Below are positions 55,115-64,000 of a stretch of 64,000 nt of DNA, piece after piece (position 1 is the stretch's first letter; every line of letters begins with the position of its first letter). The translations under genes and the position numbers were made by a program. The DNA lies in IMG/VR virus record IMGVR_UViG_3300031576_000002, positions 62,001 through 126,000 of that record. One strand, 5' to 3'. A model generated the notes under the pieces. That model was not told the DNA's origin and did no database searches. It saw only the letters and a list, made by a program, of their open reading frames with translations.

Positions 55115-56758
55115 TTACCGGCGTGCGTTGAACATGGCAGCGAGCTTACGGCGGTTCTCCAGACCCGCAGGCTTCGGCACGATGGCCGCAAACCGTGCAG
55201 CAAGATCGCTCCCTCTCTCGTCCATTCCGTCCCCGTCCGTTGATGGCACTGCGCTTCCAGCCGCAGCCCGCAGACGCATCGAACGCGCCTCCACGCTGCG
55301 CGCTGCAATCTCTTCTTCCTCGGGCTCGGGCGGCATGAGCGTGTTGGCCCGCCGCACCGTCCGCTCCCACTCTGCCAAGCTCTGATCTTCCATCCCCATC
55401 CACTCGTTCGCCTGCTCCATCAGGCTCTCGCCGTACTTCTCACCGGCCAGGCGGAACGCCCGCTCGATCACGGCGATCGGGTTGTTGATCCCGACCTTTT
55501 CCAGTACGTCATGGAAAGCGACCTTGAGCGGATTCGCGGTCAGGTTGCGGTTGGCGGCCAGGATCGCGATCTGGAACGTCCGCTTGAAACGCTCCATGTG
55601 ATCCGCAGCCGCTCGCTTGGCGACAGCCGTGATCTCTGCCTTGGAGGCGTAGACCGCTTCCTTGGGAGCCTTCGGGCACTTGGGGCAGTCTTCCATGTCG
55701 TGATCGGCACAGCGCGTTGCCGCTACCTTCTCCTCGGCAGGAGCAGGAGTCGGAGCCGTTGCCGGAGCCTCGGGGGCCTTTGCAGCTTCCGCCTCCGGAG
55801 CCACGTCCACGGGAGTCGCCTGAAGGCTGTCCATCGCGTCGGCGAAGCCCTTCTTGTGGATGGCTTTCAGGATGCGCATGCCGTACTCACGCTTGGCGTA
55901 CTCGGACGGATCCACGCCCTCGGGCCGATCGATCCGAGCGATCTTCTGGTTGGTGTCGGTACGGACCACATGCCAGGCGCGCTTGCCGGTCTCGCCCACC
56001 AACTGCACAGAAAGGCTGGACTTGGCCGCACCCTTGGGATTGAAGGTGTCCTTCCACATGGGAGGAGTCTTGCCGCGCTCTTCCTTGGTCCGCTTCTCGA
56101 TCTCGCTCGCCGGATTGAAGTTCTCCACAGAACCCGCATCCGACTTGAGATCGTCGCGCTGCTCTTCGGAGCGCCAGTGATCGCGCAGGGTCGTGTCCGG
56201 TCCCTCCGGAACGTCGTGGCTCTGCGCCTTCTTCTCCTTCTCAGCCAATCGGCGCATACGCGCCTCACGTAGATTTCCCATGGGGTAGCTCCTTGTCGCC
56301 TTTCTCGCTCCGTAGAACGTCTGGGAGAGGCCGTATTCTTCGCCCGTGACCGTGTCGTCGTCAGTCAACTCGTCTTTGCGCTCGCGGACTTCCTCATCGA
56401 TCTCGGCAGGAGAGGCTTCATCCATCTTGATCTCGTGCAAGATCTCCTCGTGAGATCGCAGCACGTCCGAGATTTCTTCCAGGCTGTCCTCGATGCCGCG
56501 AAGCTGATCGTCAATACCGCTGTCCTCGCCCGCGGGGGCCGGTGCGGGAGCTGCCATCTCCTCTTCGGGCTCTTCGGGGGGCAGCAGATCCTCCACCGGC
56601 TCTCCGTCTCCGACCTCTTCCTCGTCTTCTGTCTCTTCCTGTGCAAGACGATCCATCCGATGGCGCAGAGAATCGCGCTCGATCGGATCGACTTCCTCTT
56701 CGAGGCGCTGCTCGTACTGTCGCAGCTTCTGTGCAAGGATTGCGTGCATTCGCCTCAC
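55115..56758 (-). CDS. Scaffold/prohead core protein
   Basis: Highly charged, helical, low complexity; directly after the protease. Confidence 0.7.
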   Translation of the reverse strand: MRRMHAILAQKLRQYEQRLEEEVDPIERDSLRHRMDRLAQEETEDEEEVGDGEPVEDLLPPEEPEEEMAAPAPAPAGEDSGIDDQLRGIEDSLEEISDVLRSHEEILHEIKMDEASPAEIDEEVRERKDELTDDDTVTGEEYGLSQTFYGARKATRSYPMGNLREARMRRLAEKEKKAQSHDVPEGPDTTLRDHWRSEEQRDDLKSDAGSVENFNPASEIEKRTKEERGKTPPMWKDTFNPKGAAKSSLSVQLVGETGKRAWHVVRTDTNQKIARIDRPEGVDPSEYAKREYGMRILKAIHKKGFADAMDSLQATPVDVAPEAEAAKAPEAPATAPTPAPAEEKVAATRCADHDMEDCPKCPKAPKEAVYASKAEITAVAKRAAADHMERFKRTFQIAILAANRNLTANPLKVAFHDVLEKVGINNPIAVIERAFRLAGEKYGESLMEQANEWMGMEDQSLAEWERTVRRANTLMPPEPEEEEIAARSVEARSMRLRAAAGSAVPSTDGDGMDERGSDLAARFAAIVPKPAGLENRRKLAAMFNARR

Positions 56759-57624
56759 CCGAACAAGTGCGCGCCGAGGCGTGCCATGCCCTCGGGAAGA
56801 CGGTTTACGTTGGCCTTGAAGTAGCGCAGAATCTCATCACGATCGTCCCGGTCCAGATCGAGACTTTCGATCAGGGGAACGGCTCGTGAAGCGGCCTTGG
56901 CGATCGGCGTGGGAGCGTTCTGGGCCAACTTGCCCAGCATCGCAATCGTCCGCGCCTTCTTGTCGGCAGGATCGGGAACGTCGGAAAGCTCTGTGAAGGA
57001 TACGCCAAAGCAGTTCTCGTAGCAGAGCTTTCCCGCCACATGCTGCATCTTCTGACTACGCAGATGAAAGCACAGATCATCTTCGGTACTTGCGTACTTC
57101 TGACAGATCGAGCATTGGACTTTAGCCGCCAAGCAGCCCATGCTGCACGAATCTCTCCTACCTGTCTCGTAATCTTGGGCTAACCGAGTATCTTTCGCGC
57201 GATCAATGGCTACCAACGCTTCGATGAATTTTTCTTGCGCACTCTCCCGATTGAAGTGGCAATCAGGAATAAAGCCTCTAGCCTGGGTACGATCCGCTGC
57301 CTGATGATTTACATGAAACGGAACATTCTGAAACGTCTGGTAGACTTGACAATTACGCGAAGCATCGAACCGGCGAAGCTCCGGCTCTGAGAACATATCG
57401 CCGTTTGAATTTGGCGTGTCTGCCGTAACCGCTCGTACTACAACGAAGAGGTAGTCTTTGGGATCGTTCGAGATGTTGTAAATCTCGGAAACGGCATTGA
57501 AAATATCCGAGCTGAGGATGTTCTCACGTTCACCGAAAACGGTGAAGCGGGCTTTCTTTTGAAAGCCGCCTTTGGGCGCGTCCAGGACGCGCAAGACGCG
57601 AGCTTCGGCAGTAAGAGCAAACAT
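56755..57624 (-). CDS. Prohead (capsid maturation) protease with Zn-finger insert
   Basis: PNSNGDMF..EL, FHVNH, SMGC..CSIC..C.H, ELSDV.DPAD. Confidence 0.8.
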   Translation of the reverse strand: MFALTAEARVLRVLDAPKGGFQKKARFTVFGERENILSSDIFNAVSEIYNISNDPKDYLFVVVRAVTADTPNSNGDMFSEPELRRFDASRNCQVYQTFQNVPFHVNHQAADRTQARGFIPDCHFNRESAQEKFIEALVAIDRAKDTRLAQDYETGRRDSCSMGCLAAKVQCSICQKYASTEDDLCFHLRSQKMQHVAGKLCYENCFGVSFTELSDVPDPADKKARTIAMLGKLAQNAPTPIAKAASRAVPLIESLDLDRDDRDEILRYFKANVNRLPEGMARLGAHLFG

Positions 57625-57648
57625 GGCTTTGGGTTTGACCCAAAGCCA
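57624..57648 (-). promoter_or_regulatory. Perfect 11-bp hairpin including the A of the protease ATG
   Basis: TGGCTTTGGGT-CAA-ACCCAAAGCCA(TG). Confidence 0.55.
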
Positions 57649-57689
57649 GTGTAAAAGCCGGTCAACTACTCAAAATAAAGGGGCGTTTC

Positions 57690-57836
57690 CTACTTTGCGG
57701 GAGGAGGGGGAGCTGGTTCCGCTTTAGAGGGCGCGTGCGGGTTCTGACAGCGCTCGCCAGGCTTATTGAGCGCGCCGCACTGCGGACACGGAACGAGCAC
57801 GGACTGAACAGGGGCATCTCCGGTCTTGTAAAACAT
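57690..57836 (-). CDS. 48-aa Zn-ribbon protein (not in the ORF track)
   Basis: GAGGAG-N5-ATG; CPQCG..C. Confidence 0.55.
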   Translation of the reverse strand: MFYKTGDAPVQSVLVPCPQCGALNKPGERCQNPHAPSKAEPAPPPPAK

Positions 57837-57845
57837 GGTCGCTCC

Positions 57846-58271
57846 TCAATCGCGTAGGACGCTGATGACCTTCCCATCTCGCACGACAAAACGCTTATCG
57901 CCCACGCGAATCGTAGAAGTGGACAGGTTCAAGATGTTCTCGATTCTGCCATGAAGCATGTGTCGGACTTCCTCACGCACAGAGTCTACATCGAGACTCT
58001 TGTAGAGCGCAAGGTACTGGAGCGCGGCGTGATCGCTTACCTCTAAGAAGGGGTCCGCGCCATTTCCGTTTGGAGCCTTCTCTCGCAGCTTCTTGGCTTC
58101 GGCGATCTTCTGCTGGACAAGGTGGAGTTCGTCCGCCTTGGCAATCCTTCTCTTTTTGAGGTCTTCCTCCGTCTGCCGAGCTTCTTCGTACTCGGCGCGG
58201 AGCAGGTCCTGCTTTTCCTGCAAGGACTTGAGCCATGCTCCCAGGTCCCGGTACGGGTTCGGCGCCGCCAC
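57846..58271 (-). CDS. Coiled-coil hypothetical protein
   Basis: Coiled-coil N-terminus plus VSDHA..Y domain. Confidence 0.55.
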   Translation of the reverse strand: MAAPNPYRDLGAWLKSLQEKQDLLRAEYEEARQTEEDLKKRRIAKADELHLVQQKIAEAKKLREKAPNGNGADPFLEVSDHAALQYLALYKSLDVDSVREEVRHMLHGRIENILNLSTSTIRVGDKRFVVRDGKVISVLRD

Positions 58272-58275
58272 GTTT

Positions 58276-58515
58276 TTAGCTAGGAACGGTTGGCGGCCAG
58301 CTCACCCAAATTCCCCGCGCTAGCTTGCGCGGGCGCCCTTTGAAATCGTACGAGGGACCTACCAGAACCGTCTCGTAGATTCCCGTGTAGGGACTCAAAT
58401 CTCTGGAGGCTTTGATGGTGACATCCAGGAGCCAGGAAAGGTTGTCCCGTCTGTAGCGCTTGAGCTTCTTGTCGAGCGTCGCGAGAAAGTCAGACTGCTT
58501 GACGTTTAGCGCCAC
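58276..58515 (-). CDS. Hypothetical protein
   Basis: GGAGG SD. Confidence 0.45.
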   Translation of the reverse strand: MALNVKQSDFLATLDKKLKRYRRDNLSWLLDVTIKASRDLSPYTGIYETVLVGPSYDFKGRPRKLARGIWVSWPPTVPS

Positions 58516-58909
58516 GAGATCCTCCGGCTAGGACAAGCAGGTCGGGCTTTTCCGCAGGTCCTACGTGCTGCTCGTAAATCGCGGTAACCGTACTATTTAG
58601 CTCTCCGTTTGCGATACCGGGGGGCAGTAGTTTGCTATTCCACTCAGCCAGGACAGATTTTCCAAGTTCCGTCAGCTTGTAGTATTCCGCCCTAAGATCG
58701 TCTTTGGAGCGCTGAAGGATAATATATTCCTTGTCTTTCAACTTTTGCAGGAGTCCACTAACGTGGGCGTGATGGAGCTTCAAGAGTTCCGCCAGCCTGC
58801 AAGTTCTCTCGCAGTGCCAGTTCAGCAAGAGCAGGATAGCGTGCAGAGTCGGGATACGCCTTCCCAGCAGTGCAGCGGCTATCAGCAATTCGTCCACGTA
58901 GTCCCCCAA
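58490..58909 (-). CDS. MarR-like winged-helix regulator
   Basis: LAELL..VSGLLQKL..YI..DDLR..LTELG. Confidence 0.7.
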   Translation of the reverse strand: MGDYVDELLIAAALLGRRIPTLHAILLLLNWHCERTCRLAELLKLHHAHVSGLLQKLKDKEYIILQRSKDDLRAEYYKLTELGKSVLAEWNSKLLPPGIANGELNSTVTAIYEQHVGPAEKPDLLVLAGGSRGAKRQAV

Positions 58910-58939
58910 GGCTACACCCGAAAGCCAAAAAATCGAGAC

Positions 58940-59182
58940 CTAGTTTCCGAAAACCGCATCGAGCGGCACTTGCAGCGCTTTGGCAATCAGGCGGGCGTTG
59001 CTGACCCGGGGCTCTCTGCGGCCAGAGCAGTATTTCCAGATCTCTTGCGGGCTGATCCCGGACGTTCCCGGCGCCGCTGTTCGAGTCAGGCGGGACAGCT
59101 CGCGCTGGTTGATACCCTTCTCCCGCAAGATCCGCCTTAGAGTATCGGCGGTCGCAGACTTCTTCGTCTTCGGTCTTCCCAT
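58940..59182 (-). CDS. XRE-family HTH regulator
   Basis: LREKGINQRELS..YCSGRREP..IAKALQVPLDAVF. Confidence 0.8.
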   Translation of the reverse strand: MGRPKTKKSATADTLRRILREKGINQRELSRLTRTAAPGTSGISPQEIWKYCSGRREPRVSNARLIAKALQVPLDAVFGN

Positions 59183-59188
59183 GCACGT

Positions 59189-59196
59189 ACTATACA
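59189..59196 (-). promoter_or_regulatory. -10-like TGTATAGT 6 nt before the ATG (possible leaderless mRNA)
   Basis: The same element recurs at 60427-60434. Confidence 0.45.
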
Positions 59197-59765
59197 CCAG
59201 CTCGCTCGGAGAGAACGCTCACAAAGGGCTCGATCGCAGGCTTGACTTCTACGAGTTCGGATGCCGCCTCGACCGTCTGCATCATGGGCTCCCTTCCTGC
59301 CCGCGGACCTGACTGCAAGTCGTGCAGCTTGAACTCGACCCGCCAGCGTTCGCCGTCGTGCTTCATGTCGTAGATGAGCTGGGCATGGGGTGCTTCCTCC
59401 CAGACGGTCTCCTTGACCATCTTCGGCGTACCGTCCTCGTTTTTGAGCAGACCCCGCAAGACGTGGTTGTCTTGCACCTCCCTTACGATACCGGACTTCC
59501 GGTAGAAAGACATGATGCCCTGGACATAGGTAAGCCCGTCCCAGGCTTGCACGCGCGCGTTCAGACTCCAGTACAGCCGTCCAAAATTGACACGTCCAGC
59601 CAGAGGAGAGTTCGACATGCGCTCCAGCAGGTACTCGCGGAACGCAATAGCTTCTCGGACACGGTCTTCCACCGCATCCGCTGCTCGAACTCGTATCGTC
59701 ATTGTTACTTTGAGCGGCGCTTGCTGGGATTCTTCTTCAGCCACTCCGAGTAGAGCGCCTGACAT
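59190..59765 (-). CDS. Hypothetical protein
   Basis: Translated ORF. Confidence 0.5.
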   Translation of the reverse strand: MSGALLGVAEEESQQAPLKVTMTIRVRAADAVEDRVREAIAFREYLLERMSNSPLAGRVNFGRLYWSLNARVQAWDGLTYVQGIMSFYRKSGIVREVQDNHVLRGLLKNEDGTPKMVKETVWEEAPHAQLIYDMKHDGERWRVEFKLHDLQSGPRAGREPMMQTVEAASELVEVKPAIEPFVSVLSERAGV

Positions 59766-59995
59766 AGAGCGGCAGGATCGTCCACGGAGTCGTTCTCACT
59801 CAGTTTTTCCATGCACTCGGTTCGCGGATGCTCAGCTTTCGAGAATCGACCGAACCAGTAGTCTTTCAACTGCGGAGGCACGTTCGTCTTGGCAAGCCTG
59901 CGCTTCATGCAAGGCGGACAGTCGTCGATACCTTCGAGGGGAGGAAGGCCCAGGGAATCGTTCAAAGACGCAATTACGCTTCGTAGCATGTCCAT
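59705..59995 (-). CDS. Hypothetical Cys-containing protein
   Basis: GAGGGGG SD. Confidence 0.5.
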   Translation of the reverse strand: MDMLRSVIASLNDSLGLPPLEGIDDCPPCMKRRLAKTNVPPQLKDYWFGRFSKAEHPRTECMEKLSENDSVDDPAALCQALYSEWLKKNPSKRRSK

Positions 59996-59999
59996 GACG

Positions 60000-60419
60000 C
60001 TACCCCCTCAAATTAAGAATATGCGTAGAGCGCTCTGCCTTGGAAGCAAGCTGGTGCAAGCGCGGAATCTGCTCGTCGATCTTGTTCACGGATACATGCT
60101 CGTATCGCTCAGGGTCCATCCGAAGATCGAGAAGGGCGTGGTACACGCGCAGGATTCTCGTGACATCCCCAATATCTACTTCTAGTTGTGTGAGCATGTC
60201 CTCCCAGCTTTCGTAGTCTGGAAGGTAGCGCTTCTCATCTCTGAGAAGCGTCATTAGCTTTGCGATCTCGGGCCACGTCGAGCGCATGAGCGTGTGGAGA
60301 TAGGCGCGCTGGATTCCCTTCCTACCGCCTTGCGCAATCTGATCGCAAGCAGAGACGGCAAGATCGAGGCAGTCGTCTTCGTCAAACTCTTCTAGGGGGG
60401 GATCGTCGGCGTCGTGCAT
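60000..60419 (-). CDS. Hypothetical protein
   Basis: Translated ORF; preceded by a -10-like element. Confidence 0.5.
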   Translation of the reverse strand: MHDADDPPLEEFDEDDCLDLAVSACDQIAQGGRKGIQRAYLHTLMRSTWPEIAKLMTLLRDEKRYLPDYESWEDMLTQLEVDIGDVTRILRVYHALLDLRMDPERYEHVSVNKIDEQIPRLHQLASKAERSTHILNLRG

Positions 60420-60437
60420 GACAACTACTATACAACT

Positions 60438-60743
60438 TCAACGCCGTCTTTCCGACACTTCCTGCGCCTTCAGGAGCATGCCCCAGACTTTATCGTTGAC
60501 ACTCGCAAGGACAGACTTCAGCCGCTCTTCCTCTGAATGGTGTAACTCGTCACGGCGTTCAAGCTCGGCTGTCCAGAAGGTATCCCGATCGACAAGCTCT
60601 TTTCTATGCTCCTGCTCTCGCCGGTCGTACCGTTGCTCGTAGTGTCTCCAGAGAGCGATAAGGCCGAGGAGGAAGACGGTCGCAACTCCCCAACCGCCTT
60701 CCTTGAAAAGCGCGAGAATCCATTCACCCGTCGTCTCCACCAT
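60438..60743 (-). CDS. Single-TM protein (holin/spanin-like)
   Basis: GGWGVATVFLLGLIALW followed by a coiled coil. Confidence 0.5.
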   Translation of the reverse strand: MVETTGEWILALFKEGGWGVATVFLLGLIALWRHYEQRYDRREQEHRKELVDRDTFWTAELERRDELHHSEEERLKSVLASVNDKVWGMLLKAQEVSERRR

Positions 60744-60991
60744 GGACCTCGTGCCGGTTCAGGCTCCGTCGCAGGATAACAGGGCTTCGGTAGCTCAGGC
60801 CGTTTCTGCGCGACAGCCGCCCGGGATGCTTGAACCGTCTGCTTGAGATCAGCCAGCTCCTTCGGCCCGATCGCGGCGTGAATTCCATCAACCAGGCTCT
60901 GGATGATGATTTCCGTGCCGCCGTCTACTGCTTCCTCCGTCTCCGGACGGGGGACGCGCCGATGCTCCCTGTCCAGCATGACAGCCTCCAT
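60518..60991 (-). CDS. Hypothetical protein (3' part overlaps the next gene)
   Basis: GAGGA SD. Confidence 0.35.
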   Translation of the reverse strand: MEAVMLDREHRRVPRPETEEAVDGGTEIIIQSLVDGIHAAIGPKELADLKQTVQASRAAVAQKRPELPKPCYPATEPEPARGPWWRRRVNGFSRFSRKAVGELRPSSSSALSLSGDTTSNGTTGESRSIEKSLSIGIPSGQPSLNAVTSYTIQRKSG

Positions 60992-61011
60992 CGTTCCTCG
61001 CAGTCCTTGCT

Positions 61012-62421
61012 TTAGGGACGGTACTTAGCCAGGGCTTCGAGCGCACGCAGGTTGTTTCCTGTGGGATCTTGCGACAGGTCGCCACTGGGGCCGTCGAGCA
61101 TGTTGATCTCCAGGTGGTACGGAGACTTTGCAGCCCATGCACACAGAGCGTCCATGTTGTACTTTTCCGTGCCCCGGCCGTCGGTCGAATAGCCGGTGGA
61201 CACATGACTGTACATCTCCGCCAGCTTGTCCCGGCAAGCATTCGGGCCTGGCTCTTCCGGGTTGGGGTGCTCCTGCCAAGGATGCAGCCACCACACCCCA
61301 GCCGATCCCTGGCCGTCATTGCCGTCGCGCCAGCTCGTATTGTGCGGTCCTTCGGGGCGGTGAGGCGTCGTGCAGGAAAGGAGCGACCATCCGAAAGGCG
61401 TGATCTGATCGCGGTACTCATCGATTCCATGCGCCCACTCAGCCCCCATCCACGACTCGTTCGGAGGCGGCTCATTGACGAGTTCCGGCAGCATCGCCTT
61501 CTTGAGCCGTGCATCAATCTTGCCGTAGTAGCGCTGTGCCAGGGAGGCAAACGTGGTGTCAGACGGACGCTTTCCGTTAAAGGCGCTCTCCGACTCGGGC
61601 AAATTCATCGGAGGCTTGGTATTCCGGTCGGGCTCGTCAAGGCTGACCAGCATGACCGCCACTCCCCGCTTGGCGCCCTCGTCAAGCATCGCGGCTAGAC
61701 GCTGGTCCCACTCTGCCCCGTTCGACCAGGGTGACACGTAGAGTTCACGCTTGGGCGGATTGTTGGGCGGGTTGCGGTACAAGGCCGTCATGACACGGAC
61801 CATGTTGCAGTTGTACTGCGCGGCGATCTGCACGATCCTTCGCGGATCGTAGTCCCGACGGCAAAGCCAGGGCAACGCCGCGAATCCCCACAACCTGACC
61901 GGCTTACCTTCACCGTCGAGGAGTTGGTTGGTGTTCCGCGGGCGGTTCCACTTCGTCACGTCCAGCGTAGAAGGCGGTGGATCCGGAGGCTCGGGCTGAT
62001 TGACCTGTTCGACCGCGGTCTTGAACGCCTCGGTCCGGCTCTTCACCTCTGAAGGAGACAGATCGTGACGCGGAACGTAAGCGGCTAGCACCTCTGGATC
62101 GGTGTAGCCCAGCACATCCACTTGCACCTTGTTGATGGTACTGCCGCGCTCCGCGCTCTTCGCCAGATCGATTGCGATTTCGGTAGGGGTAAAGTCGCTG
62201 AGCTGGTACGCCCTCTGCCCTTCCGGGTCTGCCTCGCGCCCTAGCACTTCAAGGTACGCATCCTTCACACGACGGATGCGCTCCTCTGAGCCTTTCAGGA
62301 TCAGCGTGAGCTTGTCTTCGGGAGTCTCGGCGTAGTATTCGATCGCACCGGGATCCGGCTCTCGCCCAAGAATGGCGAGAAAGTATCGGCGAACCTTGCC
62401 CGCTTGCTCGTTCGTTACCAC
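61012..62421 (-). CDS. DUF4214-like repeats fused to a clan GH-A (GH5-like) glycoside hydrolase
   Basis: LGREPD.G..Y repeats, Pro-rich linker, NMVRV, ELVNEP. Confidence 0.55.
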   Translation of the reverse strand: MVTNEQAGKVRRYFLAILGREPDPGAIEYYAETPEDKLTLILKGSEERIRRVKDAYLEVLGREADPEGQRAYQLSDFTPTEIAIDLAKSAERGSTINKVQVDVLGYTDPEVLAAYVPRHDLSPSEVKSRTEAFKTAVEQVNQPEPPDPPPSTLDVTKWNRPRNTNQLLDGEGKPVRLWGFAALPWLCRRDYDPRRIVQIAAQYNCNMVRVMTALYRNPPNNPPKRELYVSPWSNGAEWDQRLAAMLDEGAKRGVAVMLVSLDEPDRNTKPPMNLPESESAFNGKRPSDTTFASLAQRYYGKIDARLKKAMLPELVNEPPPNESWMGAEWAHGIDEYRDQITPFGWSLLSCTTPHRPEGPHNTSWRDGNDGQGSAGVWWLHPWQEHPNPEEPGPNACRDKLAEMYSHVSTGYSTDGRGTEKYNMDALCAWAAKSPYHLEINMLDGPSGDLSQDPTGNNLRALEALAKYRP

Positions 62422-62738
62422 GTTGAGTTCCCTTTCTGCTGCTCGACCCGAACCCGTTCAAGGAGTGCGTAAACGGATCCCGGATCCTCTCTAGCGAGTA
62501 GGACGAGAACGGAGTGCAGAACCTCACGGATCTGCGCGATGTTGACACCATACTTCTTGCCTTCCAGTCTCGCAACTTCCAGAGCTAGATCAGTACGATC
62601 AATTCGACGCGCTTCGAGTGAAAAGTAGTCAAGCCTCTGGCGAACCTGGATGAGGGAGTAGAGAACAACCCCAAACCCGCCAAGAGCGCAGGAAAGCATT
62701 GCCAGAAAGACAACTACCTGTCCGGGCGTGAGCGTCAC
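62415..62738 (-). CDS. Single-TM membrane protein
   Basis: N-terminal hydrophobic helix. Confidence 0.5.
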   Translation of the reverse strand: MTLTPGQVVVFLAMLSCALGGFGVVLYSLIQVRQRLDYFSLEARRIDRTDLALEVARLEGKKYGVNIAQIREVLHSVLVLLAREDPGSVYALLERVRVEQQKGNSTW

Positions 62739-62771
62739 CCCTCAAACGTAGCCTGCAACGAGGCTTGCGAA

Positions 62772-63512
62772 TCAGCCTTCGTTGCGGATGCAGGCCAGGA
62801 AGGCTTTGGCGCTCTTTCGCCGCAGGAACTCGTCCGGGTCTTTTCCTTCGGGAAGGTCGATTCCGGCCACTTGGAGGGAGGCTCTTTCCAACTCGATCCG
62901 CGCTTTCTTCGTCGCCGCCTGACCGGCTTTATCAGAGTCCAAGGCCAGGACCGCATTCTCCGTGTAGCGCGCTAAGACGATTCCGTGGAGCGGTGTCACC
63001 GCAGTTCCCATCGTAGCCACTACGTTTCGGATGCCTCGTAGATAGCAGCGGATCGCGTCAAAGTACCCCTCGACCAAAAACACACGGCCCTCTTCCCGAA
63101 TCGCGTCTTTGGCGTGGTGCAGGCCGTAGAGCAGCAGTTTCTTGGAAAAGATGGAGCTTGTGGGCGAGTTCCGGTACTTTGGCTCTTCGCTGCCTAGAGC
63201 CCTTCCTGAGAATCCGACAACTCGGCCGACTGCGTCTTGAATGGGAAAGACCAGCCTGCCCTGGATCAGCCTGCTCAGGTTGGGGTGGATTCTGTCGAGG
63301 GCGTAGCAGTGCTCGCCGTAGCCGATTCGGTAGGGAGCCAGCTCATCGAGATCGTACTCGCGTCCATCAAGGTACTGTCTCGCCGTCCTCCCCTGCTTCT
63401 GGCGCAGGGCTCTCTCCATGAACTGCGTCGCTATCTCGTGATCCCTCAGCAGCCTGTGATTCCGCTTGAGCGCTGGCGATCTCTGCAAGGCGTTTTCCGA
63501 TCGAATTGTCAA
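62772..63512 (-). CDS. DnaG-type DNA primase (catalytic core/TOPRIM only)
   Basis: RLVFPI..VVGFSGR, KYRNSP, VEGYFD, MGTA, DSDKAG, KDPDE. Confidence 0.9.
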   Translation of the reverse strand: MTIRSENALQRSPALKRNHRLLRDHEIATQFMERALRQKQGRTARQYLDGREYDLDELAPYRIGYGEHCYALDRIHPNLSRLIQGRLVFPIQDAVGRVVGFSGRALGSEEPKYRNSPTSSIFSKKLLLYGLHHAKDAIREEGRVFLVEGYFDAIRCYLRGIRNVVATMGTAVTPLHGIVLARYTENAVLALDSDKAGQAATKKARIELERASLQVAGIDLPEGKDPDEFLRRKSAKAFLACIRNEG

Positions 63513-63735
63513 GGTGTTCGCGGACCTGGTTCAGAATCGCTTCCCAGGACGTACCCACGATTCCGACTACGGTCGCGTTCCTGACTATGTGCATAATACC
63601 ATCCACCGGAATCCTTCCTCCCGTCTCTCCGACGAACCCGCCACAGAAGATAAAGGCTCCGCCCAGTTTGCTCCCTTTGGGGTAGTGGCCCTGTACCAGG
63701 TCATCCACTGTGACTGTCCATGCGCGCTCTTCCAA
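63367..63735 (-). CDS. Hypothetical protein
   Basis: GAGGAG SD; overlaps the primase 5' end. Confidence 0.35.
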   Translation of the reverse strand: MEERAWTVTVDDLVQGHYPKGSKLGGAFIFCGGFVGETGGRIPVDGIMHIVRNATVVGIVGTSWEAILNQVREHLDNSIGKRLAEIASAQAESQAAEGSRDSDAVHGESPAPEAGEDGETVP

Positions 63736-64000
63736 GCTGTTCTCCTCGGTAGGCTTTCAACCAGGTTTCTGGGTCTTGAACAGGAATACCTTCTTCTACT
63801 AGGGGAACTTCATAAGAATCTGCCAGCGCGCGAATCCGTTTTTCTCCCAGAGCCTTTTTTCGACGGTACAGGCTCTTCTCCAGCGTTACCTTGAATTCAA
63901 TCACACTCAGGGTAACAGCGGAGGGAAGAAGCTGCCGCAGGCCCTCTAGCTCTTTGCGCCAGTGCTCTCGTATGGACTGGGTCAGGTTGTAGTCGTCGAG
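63701..64000 (-). CDS. Hypothetical protein, partial (open to the window edge)
   Basis: Frame is open from 64000 (LDDYNLTQSIRE..) into the 63904 ORF. Confidence 0.5.
   Translation of the reverse strand, partial: LDDYNLTQSIREHWRKELEGLRQLLPSAVTLSVIEFKVTLEKSLYRRKKALGEKRIRALADSYEVPLVEEGIPVQDPETWLKAYRGEQLGRARMDSHSG

Noticed and set aside
62735-62956. 73-aa minus-strand ORF
   Set aside because: Alternative frame inside the primase
1-64000. tRNA, rRNA, group I intron or alternative genetic code
   Set aside because: Intergenic gaps are short and accounted for; no cloverleaf or intron core recognised; standard-code ORFs tile the window with all three stop codons in use

Overview
A 64-kb segment of a large contractile-tailed (myovirus-like) dsDNA phage, with essentially every real gene on the minus strand. 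In transcription order (right to left) it holds: a DnaG-type primase and small regulators; the head module (prohead protease, scaffold, decoration protein, HK97-like major capsid protein); small virion/fibre proteins; an accessory block (speD, M15 endolysin, PcfJ-like, nucleotidyltransferase pair, DnaJ, PagL-like lipid A deacylase); neck, sheath, tube, frameshifting chaperone and tape measure with an SLT domain; the baseplate; fibres; and a glycosyltransferase cut by the window edge. PagL suggests an LPS-bearing host. Most notable observations: (1) two independent tandem HNH pairs, each with one intact copy and one carrying the same catalytic His-to-Arg change, each next to a diverged duplicate of a host-gene end (speD N-terminus; possibly the sheath C-terminus); (2) a shared amphipathic leader ending in Ala on about 8 unrelated proteins and inside a possible polyprotein, a candidate capsid-targeting/cargo signal; (3) two mini-inteins 6 residues apart in a neck-type protein; (4) a phage-borne PagL. 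All family calls come from motif recognition and gene order; no database searches were run.
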